From: Nemertoderma westbladi
Lineage: Eukaryota; Animalia; Xenacoelomorpha
NCBI GenBank assembly: GCA_032718475.1
Contig: JAUCBJ010006092.1
Span: forward strand, 1 to 52,843
Length of the DNA: 52,843 nt
Direction of reading: 5' to 3'
Below, one piece after another: positions 27,701 to 39,700 of this stretch (positions are counted from its first letter, which is position 1; every line of letters starts with the position of its first letter). Both the position numbers and the translations under genes were made by a program. The notes under the pieces are model-generated. The model was not told the origin of the DNA. It searched no databases and saw nothing but the letters and a program-made list of their open reading frames with translations.

Positions 27701-30700
27701 GGTACCGATCCAATATACCGCTGTTCGATCTCATTTATTTAGGGATGTAGTCGATACAGATGGAGAGATTGATGGTACCGATATACTGCAGTTCGCTCTC
27801 ATTAATTTAGGGATGTAGTTGATACAGACAGAGAGATTGATGGTACCAATATACCGCTGTTCGATCTCATTTATTTAGGGATGTAGTCGATACAGATGGA
27901 GAGATTGATGGTACCGATATACTGCAGTTCGCTCTCATTAATTTAGGGATGTAGTTGATACAGATGGAGAGATTGATGGTACCAATATACTGCAGTTCGC
28001 TCTCATTGATTTAGGGATGTAGTTGATACAGTTGGAGAGATTGATGGTACCGATATACTGCAGTTCGCTCTCATTAATTTAGGGATGTAGTTGATACAGA
28101 TGGAGAGATTGATGGTACCGATATACTGCAGTTCGCTCTCATTAATTTAGGGATGTAGTTGATACAGATGGAGAGATTGATGGTACCAATATACTGCAGT
28201 TCGCTCTCATTGATTTAGGGATGTAGTTGATACAGATGGAGTGATTGATGGTACCGATATACTGCAGTTCGCTCTCATTTATTTAGGGATGTAGTTGATA
28301 CAGATGGAGAGATTGATGGTACCAATATACTGCAGTTCGCTCTCATTGATTTTGGGATGAGGTCGATACAGATGGAGAGATTGATGGTACCGATCCAATA
28401 TACCACAGTTCGTTAATTTATTTAGGAATGTAGTCGATACGGATGGAGAGATTGATGGTGCCAATATACTGCATTTCGTTCTCATTTATTTAGGGATGTA
28501 GTTGATACAGACAGAGAGATTGATGGTACCGATACACTGCAGTTCGTTCTCATTGATTTAGGGATGTAGTCGATACAGACAGAGAGATTGATGGTACCGA
28601 TCCAATATACCGCAGTTCGATCTCATTGATTTAGGGATGTAGTCGATACAGAGAGAGAGATTGATGGTACCGATATACTGCAGTTCACTCTCATTTATTT
28701 AGGGATGTAGTCGATACAGATGGAGAGATTGATGGTACCGATACACTGCAGTTCGTTCTCATTGATTTAGGGATGTAGTCGATACAGACAGAGAGATTGA
28801 TGGTACCGATCCAATATACCGCAGTTCGATCTCATTGATTTAGGGATGTAGTCGATACAGACAGAGAGATTGATGGTACCGATATACTGCAGTTCGCTCT
28901 CATTTATTTAGGGATGTAGTCGATACAGACAGAGAGATTGATGGTACCGATCCAATATACCGCAGTTCGATCTCATTGATTTAGGGATGTAGTCGATACA
29001 GATGGAGAGATTGATGGTACCGATATACTGCAGTTCGCTCTCATTGATTTAGGAATGTAGTTGATACATATGGAGAGATTGATGGTACCGATATACTGCA
29101 GTTCGCTCTCATTGATTTAGGGATGTAGTCGATACAGATGGAGAGATTGATGGTACCAATATACTGCAGTTCGCTCTCATTCATTTAAGGATCTAGTCGA
29201 TACAGATGGAGAGATTGATGGTACCAATATACTACAGTTTGATCTCATTTATTTAGGGATCTAGTCAATACCGATTGAAGCGATTGATGGTATGGATACA
29301 CTGCATTTCGTTCTCATTGATTTAGGGATGTAGTCAATACAGACAGAGAGATTGATGGTACCGATCCAATATACCGCTGTTCGATCTCATTGATTTAGGG
29401 ATGTAGTTGATACAGATTGAGAGATTGATGGTACCGATATACTGCAGTTCGCTCTCATTGATTTAGGAATGTAGTTGATACAGATGGAGAGATTGATGGT
29501 ACTGATATACTGCATTTCGTTCTCATTGATTTAGGGATGTAGTCAATACAGACAGAGAGATTGATGGTACCGATCCAATATACCGCTGTTCGATCTCATT
29601 GATTTAGGGATGTAGTTGATACAGATTGAGAGATTGATGGTACCGATATACTGCAGTTCGCTCTCATTGATTTAGGAATGTAGTTGATACAGATGGAGAG
29701 ATTGATGGTACTGATATACTGCAGTTCGCTCTCATTGATTTAGGGATGTAGTCGCTACAGACGGAGAGATTGATGGTACCAATATACTGCAGTTCGCTCT
29801 CATTGATTTAGGGATGTAGTTGATACAGATGGAGAGATTGATGGTACTGATATACTGCAGTTCGTTCTCATTGATTTAAGGATATAGTCGCTACAGACGG
29901 AGAGATTGATGGTACCAATATACTGCAGTTCGCTCTCATTGATTTAGGGATGTAGTTGATACAGACAGAGAGATTGATGGTACCGATCCAATATACTGCA
30001 GTTCGCTCTCATTCATTTAAGGATCTAGTCGATACAGATGGAGAGATTGATGGTACCGATATACTGCAGTTCGATCTCATTTATTTAGGGATCTAGTTGA
30101 TGCAGATGGAGAGATTGATGGTACCAATATACTGCAGTTCGTTCTCATTGATTTAAGGATATAGTCGCTACAGACGGAGAGATTGATGGTACCAATATAC
30201 CGCTGTTCGATCTCATTTATTTAGGGATCTAGTCGATACAGATGGAGAGATTGATGGTACCGATATACTGCAGTTCGATCTCATTTATTTAGGGATCTAG
30301 TTGATGCAGATGGAGAGATTGATGGTACCAATATACTGCAGTTCGTTCTCATTGATTTAAGGATATAGTCGCTACAGACGGAGAGATTGATGGTACCAAT
30401 ATACCGCTGTTCGATCTCATTTATTTAGGGATGTAGTCGATACAGATGGAGAGATTGATGGTACCGATATACTGCAGTTCGTTCTCATTGATTTAAGGAT
30501 ATAGTCGCTACAGACGGAGAGATTGATGGTACCAATATACTGCAGTTCGCTCTCATTGATTTAGGGATGTAGTTGATACAGACAGAGAGATTGATTGTAC
30601 CGATCCAATATACTGCAGTTCGCTCTCATTCATTTAAGGATGTAGTCGATACAGATGGAGAGATTGATGGTACCAATATACTGCAGTTCGCTCTCATTGA

Positions 30701-33700
30701 TTTAGGGATGTAGTTGATACAGACAGAGAGATTGATTGTACCGATCCAATATACTGCAGTTCGCTCTCATTCATTTAAGGATGTAGTCGATACAGACGGA
30801 GAGATTGATGGTACCAATATACTGCAGTTCGCTCTCATTGATTTAGGGATGTAGTTGATACAGACAGAGAGATTGATTGTACCGATCCAATATACTGCAG
30901 TTCGCTCTCATTCATTTAAGGATGTAGTCGATACAGATGGAGAGATTGATGGTACCGATATACTGCAGTTCGCTCTCATTGATTTAGGAATGTAGTCGAT
31001 ACAGATGGAGAGATTGATGGTACCGATATACTGCAGTTCGCTCTCATTAATTTAGGGATATAGTTGATACAGATGGAGAGATTGATGGTACCGATATACT
31101 GCAGTTCGCTCTCATTGATTTAGGGATGTAGTCGATACAGACAGAGAGATTGATGGTACCGATCCAATATACCGCAGTTCGCTCTCATTGATCTAGGAAT
31201 GTAGTCGATACAGATGGAGAGATTGATGGTACCAATATACTGCAGTTCGATCTCATTTATTTAGGGATCTAGTTGATGCAGATGGAGAGATTGATGGTAC
31301 GGATATACTGCAGTTCGTTAATTTATTTAGGAATGTAGTCGATACAGATGGAGAGATTGTTGTGGTACCAATATACTGCAGTTCGCTCTCATTGATTTAA
31401 GGATATAGTCGATACAGACGGAGAGATTGATGGTACTGATATACTGCATTTCGTTCTCATTGATTTAGGGATGTAGTCGATACAGACAGAGAGACTGATG
31501 GTACCAATATACTGCAGTTCGTTCTCATTTATTTAGGGATGTAGTTGATACAGATGGAGAGATTGATGGTACCGATCCGATATACCGCAGTTCGATCTCA
31601 TTGATTTAAGGATATAGTCGATACAGACGGAGAGATTGATGGTACTGATATACTGCAGTTAGCTCTCATTGATTTTGGGATGTAGTTGATACAGATGGAG
31701 AGATTGATGGTACTGATACACTGCATTTCGTTCTCATTTATTTAGGGATGTAGTTGATACAGATGGAGAGATTGATGGCACCGATATACTGCAGTTCGAT
31801 CTCATTTATTTAGGGATCTAGTTGATGCAGATGGAGAGATTGATGGTACGGATATACTGCAGTTCGTTAATTTATTTAGGAATGTAGTCGATACAGATGG
31901 AGAGATTGTTGTGGTACCAATATACTGCAGTTCGCTCTCATTGATTTAAGGATATAGTCGATACAGACGGAGAGATTGATGGTACTGATATACTGCATTT
32001 CGTTCTCATTGATTTAGGGATGTAGTCGATACAGACAGAGAGATTGATGGTACCAATATACTGCAGTTCGCTCTCATTGATTTTGGGATGTAGTTGATAC
32101 AGATGGAGAGATTGATGGTACTGATACAATATACCGCAGTTCGATCTCATTGATTTAAGGATATAGTCGATACAGACGGAGAGATTGATGGTACTGATAT
32201 ACTGCAGTTAGCTCTCATTGATTTTGGGATGTAGTTGATACAGATGGAGAGATTGATGGTACTGATATACTGCATTTCGTTCTCATTTATTTAGGGATGT
32301 AGTTGATACAGATGGAGAGATTGATGGTACCGATCCGATATACCGCAGTTCGATCTCATTGATTTAAGGATATAGTCGATACAGACGGAGAGATTGGTGG
32401 TACTGATATACTGCAGTTAGCTCTCATTGATTTTGGGATGTAGTTGATACAGATGGAGAGATTGATGGTACTGATATACTGCATTTCGTTCTCATTTATT
32501 TAGGGATGTAGTTGATACAGATGGAGAGATTGATGGCACCGATATACTGCAGTTCGTTCTACAAGGCTACGATGGCCGAGTATCTCCAAGCGACTTAACA
32601 AAGAAACCAACAAATGTTACCATATCCATATATGTTACCAATCTTGGACCCATTTCCGAGCAAAACATGGTAAGTTTACTTTCGATTTCGTGGCTGTTTC
32701 ATTAGAAAAATTTATGCTAGCAGTATGATGCCAACAAAGTTAGGGAACACGAAATATAAATGCAGAGCTGGACTTTTAATGAAATTGCTCAAAGAGTTAT
32801 TAACAATAATTATAAGATGTGCTAGTATGCCAAAGTTCCATATATTAATTTGTTTGCGAATAATATTTCCCAATTATTACACGTGTGTATTTAACGAATC
32901 TTTTAGAAATTCTCACCCATAATAAATCACTCAGCTCCATTCTAATGAATAAATGTTTGTTATCCCTAGAATTTTGGTGTGGATTTTTACTTGAGACACA
33001 CGTGGGTGGATCCAAGGATGAACTGGACTAGACTACTGGTCGAGAACAATCTGACGGTGGAAGGACGGCCACCATACCCTATCAGTAAGTGATGACCGGT
33101 AGAAGGACGGCCACCATACCCTATCAGTAAGTGATGGTCGGTAGAAGGACGGCCACCATACCCTATAAGTAAATGATGGCTGGTAGAAGGACGGCCACCA
33201 TACCCTATCAGTAAGTGAATCTCGGTAGAAGGACGGCCACCATACCCTATCAGTAAGTGATGGTCTGTAGAAGGACGGCCACCATACCCTATCAGTAAGT
33301 GATGGTCTGTAGAAGGACGGCCACCATACCCTATCAGTAAGTGATGGTCGGTAGAAGGACGGCCACCATACCCTATCAGTAAGTGATGGTCTGTAGAAGG
33401 ACGGCCACCATACCCTATCAGTAAGTGATGGTCTGTAGAAGGACGGCCACCATACCCTATCAGTAAGTGATGACCGGTAGAAGGACGGCCACCATACCCT
33501 ATCAGTAAGTGATGGTCGGTAGAAGGACGGCCACCATACCCTATCAGTAAGTGATGGTCGGTAGAAGGACGGCCACCATACCCTATCAGTAAGTGATGAC
33601 CGGTAGAAGGACGGCCACCATACCCTATCAGTAAGTGATGGTCGGTAGAAGGACGGCCACCATACCCTATAAGTAAATGATGGCTGGTAGAAGGACGGCC

Positions 33701-36700
33701 ACCATACCCTATCAGTAAGTGAATCTCGGTAGAAGGACGGCCACCATACCCTATCAGTAAGTGATGGTCTGTAGAAGGACGGCCACCATACCCTATCAGT
33801 AAGTGATGGCCGGTAGAAGGACGGCCACCATACCCTATCAGTAAGTGATGGTCGGTAGAAGGACGGCCACCATACCCTATCAGTAAGTGATGGTCGGTAG
33901 AAGGACGGCCACCATACCCTATCAGTAAGTGATGGTCGGTAGAAGGACGGCCACCATACCCTATCAGTAAGTGATGACCGGTAGAAGGACGGCCACCATA
34001 CCCTATCAGTAAGTGATGGTCGGTAGAAGGACGGCCACCATACCCTATCAGTAAGTGATGGTCGGTAGAAGGACGGCCACCATACCCTATCAGTAAGTGA
34101 TGACCGGTAGAAGGACGGCCACCATACCCTATCAGTAAGTGATGGTCGGTAGAAGGACGGCCACCATACCCTATCAGTAAGTGATGGTCGGTAGAAGGAC
34201 GGCCACCATACCCTATCAGTAAGTGATGGTCGGTAGAAGGACGGCCACCATACCCTATCAGTAAGTGATGACCGGTAGAAGGACGGCCACCATACCCTAT
34301 CAGTAAGTGATGGTCGGTAGAAGGACGGCCACCATACCCTATCAGTAAGTGATGGTCGGTAGAAGGACGGCCACCATACCCTATCAGTAAGTGATGACCG
34401 GTAGAAGGACGGCCACCATACCCTATCAGTAAGTGATGACCGGTAGAAGGACGGCCACCATACCCTATCAGTAAGTGATGGTCGGTAGAAGGACGGCCAC
34501 CATACCCTATCAGTAAGTGATGACCGGTAGAAGGACGGCCACCATACCCTATCAGTAAGTGATGGTCGGTAGAAGGACGGCCACCATACCCTATCAGTAA
34601 GTGATGGTCGGTAGAAGGACGGCCACCATACCCTATCAGTAAGTGATGACCGGTAGAAGGACGGCCACCATACCCTATCAGTAAGTGATGACCGGTAGAA
34701 GGACGGCCACCATACCCTATCAGTAAGTGATGGCCGGTAGAAGGACGGCCACCATACCCTATCAGTAAGTGATGGTCGGTAGAAGGACGGCCACCATACC
34801 CTATCAGTAAGTGATGACCGGTAGAAGGACGGCCACCATACCCTATCAGTAAGTGATGGTCGGTAGAAGGACGGCCACCATACCCTATCAGTAAGTGATG
34901 GTCGGTAGAAGGACGGCCACCATACCCTATCAGTAAGTGATGGTCGGTAGAAGGACGGCCACCATACCCTATCAGTAAGTGATGACCGGTAGAAGGACGG
35001 CCACCATACCCTATCAGTAAGTGATGGTCGGTAGAAGGACGGCCACCATACCCTATCAGTAAGTGATGGTCGGTAGAAGGACGGCCACCATACCCTATCA
35101 GTAAGTGATGACCGGTAGAAGGACGGCCACCATACCCTATCAGTAAGTGATGACCGGTAGAAGGACGGCCACCATACCCTATCAGTAAGTGATGACCGGT
35201 AGAAGGACGGCCACCATACCCTATCAGTAAGTGATGACCGGTAGAAGGACGGCCACCATACCCTATCAGTAAGTGATGGTCGGTAGAAGGACGGCCACCA
35301 TACCCTATCAGTAAGTGATGGTCGGTAGAAGGACGGCCACCATACCCTATCAGTAAGTGATGGTCGGTAGAAGGACGGCCACCATACCCTATCAGTAAGT
35401 GATGGTCGGTAGAAGGACGGCCACCATACCCTATCAGTAAGTGATGACCGGTAGAAGGACGGCCACCATACCCTATCAGTAAGTGATGACCGGTAGAAGG
35501 ACGGCCACCATACCCTATCAGTAAGTGATGACCGGTAGAAGGACGGCCACCATACCCTATCAGTAAGTGATGGTCGGTAGAAGGACGGCCACCATACCCT
35601 ATCAGTAAGTGATGGTCGGTAGAAGGACGGCCACCATACCCTATCAGTAAGTGATGGTCGGTAGAAGGACGGCCACCATACCCTATCAGTAAGTGATGGT
35701 CGGTAGAAGGACGGCCACCATACCCTATCAGTAAGTGATGACCGGTAGAAGGACGGCCACCATACCCTATCAGTAAGTGATGGTCGGTAGAAGGACGGCC
35801 ACCATACCCTATCAGTAAGTGATGGTCGGTAGAAGGACGGCCACCATACCCTATCAGTAAGTGATGGTCTGTAGAAGGACGGCCACCATACCCTATCAGT
35901 AAGTGATGACCGGTAGAAGGACGGCCACCATACCCTATCAGTAAGTGATGACCGGTAGAAGGACGGCCACCATACCCTATCAGTAAGTGATGGTCTGTAG
36001 AAGGACGGCCACCATACCCTATCAGTAAGTGATGGTCTGTAGAAGGACGGCCACCATACCCTATCAGTAAGTGATGACCGGTAGAAGGACGGCCACCATA
36101 CCCTATCAGTAAGTGATGGTCGGTAGAAGGACGGCCACCATACCCTATCAGTAAGTGATGGTCGGTAGAAGGACGGCCACCATACCCTATCAGTAAGTGA
36201 TGGTCTGTAGAAGGACGGCCACCATACCCTATCAGTAAGTGATGACCGGTAGAAGGACGGCCACCATACCCTATCAGTAAGTGATGGTCGGTAGAAGGAC
36301 GGCCACCATACCCTATCAGTAAGTGATGGTCTGTAGAAGGACGGCCACCATACCCTATCAGTAAGTGATGACCGGTAGAAGGACGGCCACCATACCCTAT
36401 CAGTAAGTGATGACCGGTAGAAGGACGGCCACCATACCCTATCAGTAAGTGATGACCGGTAGAAGGACGGCCACCATACCCTATCAGTAAGTGATGGTCG
36501 GTAGAAGGACGGCCACCATACCCTATCAGTAAGTGATGGTCTGTAGAAGGACGGCCACCATACCCTATCAGTAAGTGATGGTCGGTAGAAGGACGGCCAC
36601 CATACCCTATCAGTAAGTGATGGTCTGTAGAAGGACGGCCACCATACCCTATCAGTAAGTGATGACCGGTAGAAGGACGGCCACCATACCCTATCAGTAA

Positions 36701-39700
36701 GTGATGGTCGGTAGAAGGACGGCCACCATACCCTATCAGTAAGTGATGGTCGGTAGAAGGACGGCCACCATACCCTATCAGTAAGTGATGACCGGTAGAA
36801 GGACGGCCACCATACCCTATCAGTAAGTGATGACCGGTAGAAGGACGGCCACCATACCCTATCAGTAAGTGATGACCGGTAGAAGGACGGCCACCATACC
36901 CTATCAGTAAGTGATGGTCTGTAGAAGGACGGCCACCATACCCTATCAGTAAGTGATGACCGGTAGAAGGACGGCCACCATACCCTATCAGTAAGTGATG
37001 GTCGGTAGAAGGACGGCCACCATACCCTATCAGTAAGTGATGGTCTGTAGAAGGACGGCCACCATACCCTATCAGTAAGTGATGGTCGGTAGAAGGACGG
37101 CCACCATACCCTATCAGTAAGTGATGACCGGTAGAAGGACGGCCACCATACCCTATCAGTAAGTGATGGTCTGTAGAAGGACGGCCACCATACCCTATCA
37201 GTAAGTGATGGTCGGTAGAAGGACGGCCACCATACCCTATCAGTAAGTGATGGTCTGTAGAAGGACGGCCACCATACCCTATCAGTAAGTGATGGTCGGT
37301 AGAAGGACGGCCACCATACCCTATCAGTAAGTGATGACCGGTAGAAGGACGGCCACCATACCCTATCAGTAAGTGATGGTCTGTAGAAGGACGGCCACCA
37401 TACCCTATCAGTAAGTGATGACCGGTAGAAGGACGGCCACCATACCCTATCAGTAAGTGATGGTCTGTAGAAGGACGGCCACCATACCCTATCAGTAAGT
37501 GATGGTCGGTAGAAGGACGGCCACCATACCCTATCAGTAAGTGATGACCGGTAGAAGGACGGCCACCATACCCTATCAGTAAGTGATGGTCGGTAGAAGG
37601 ACGGCCACCATACCCTATCAGTAAGTGATGACCGGTAGAAGGACGGCCACCATACCCTATCAGTAAGTGATGACCGGTAGAAGGACGGCCACCATACCCT
37701 ATCAGTAAGTGATGACCGGTAGAAGGACGGCCACCATACCCTATCAGTAAGTGATGACCGGTAGAAGGACGGCCACCATACCCTATCAGTAAGTGATGAC
37801 CGGTAGAAGGACGGCCACCATACCCTATCAGTAAGTGATGACCGGTAGAAGGACGGCCACCATACCCTATCAGTAAGTGATGGTCGGTAGAAGGACGGCC
37901 ACCATACCCTATCAGTAAGTGATGGTCGGTAGAAGGACGGCCACCATACCCTATCAGTAAGTGATGACCGGTAGAAGGACGGCCACCATACCCTATCAGT
38001 AAGTGATGGTCTGTAGAAGGACGGCCACCATACCCTATCAGTAAGTGATGGTCGGTAGAAGGACGGCCACCATACCCTATCAGTAAGTGATGACCGGTAG
38101 AAGGACGGCCACCATACCCTATCAGTAAGTGATGACCGGTAGAAGGACGGCCACCATACCCTATCAGTAAGTGATGACCGGTAGAAGGACGGCCACCATA
38201 CCCTATCAGTAAGTGATGGTCTGTAGAAGGACGGCCACCATACCCTATCAGTAAGTGATGGTCGGTAGAAGGACGGCCACCATACCCTATCAGTAAGTGA
38301 TGACCGGTAGAAGGACGGCCACCATACCCTATCAGTAAGTGATGACCGGTAGAAGGACGGCCACCATACCCTATCAGTAAGTGATGACCGGTAGAAGGAC
38401 GGCCACCATACCCTATCAGTAAGTGATGGTCTGTAGAAGGACGGCCACCATACCCTATCAGTAAGTGATGGTCGGTAGAAGGACGGCCACCATACCCTAT
38501 CAGTAAGTGATGACCGGTAGAAGGACGGCCACCATACCCTATCAGTAAGTGATGGTCTGTAGAAGGACGGCCACCATACCCTATCAGTAAGTGATGGTCG
38601 GTAGAAGGACGGCCACCATACCCTATCAGTAAGTGATGGTCTGTAGAAGGACGGCCACCATACCCTATCAGTAAGTGATGGTCGGTAGAAGGACGGCCAC
38701 CATACCCTATCAGTAAGTGATGACCGGTAGAAGGACGGCCACCATACCCTATCAGTAAGTGATGGTCTGTAGAAGGACGGCCACCATACCCTATCAGTAA
38801 GTGATGACCGGTAGAAGGACGGCCACCATACCCTATCAGTAAGTGATGGTCTGTAGAAGGACGGCCACCATACCCTATCAGTAAGTGATGGTCGGTAGAA
38901 GGACGGCCACCATACCCTATCAGTAAGTGATGACCGGTAGAAGGACGGCCACCATACCCTATCAGTAAGTGATGGTCGGTAGAAGGACGGCCACCATACC
39001 CTATCAGTAAGTGATGGTCTGTAGAAGGACGGCCACCATACCCTATCAGTAAGTGATGGTCTGTAGAAGGACGGCCACCATACCCTATCAGTAAGTGATG
39101 ACCGGTAGAAGGACGGCCACCATACCCTATCAGTAAGTGATGACCGGTAGAAGGACGGCCACCATACCCTATCAGTAAGTGATGGTCTGTAGAAGGACGG
39201 CCACCATACCCTATCAGTAAGTGATGACCGGTAGAAGGACGGCCACCATACCCTATCAGTAAGTGATGGTCTGTAGAAGGACGGCCACCATACCCTATCA
39301 GTAAGTGATGGTCTGTAGAAGGACGGCCACCATACCCTATCAGTAAGTGATGACCGGTAGAAGGACGGCCACCATACCCTATCAGTAAGTGATGGTCTGT
39401 AGAAGGACGGCCACCATACCCTATCAGTAAGTGATGACCGGTAGAAGGACGGCCACCATACCCTATCAGTAAGTGATGGTCTGTAGAAGGACGGCCACCA
39501 TACCCTATCAGTAAGTGATGGTCGGTAGAAGGACGGCCACCATACCCTATCAGTAAGTGATGACCGGTAGAAGGACGGCCACCATACCCTATCAGTAAGT
39601 GATGGTCGGTAGAAGGACGGCCACCATACCCTATCAGTAAGTGATGGTCTGTAGAAGGACGGCCACCATACCCTATCAGTAAGTGATGGTCTGTAGAAGG

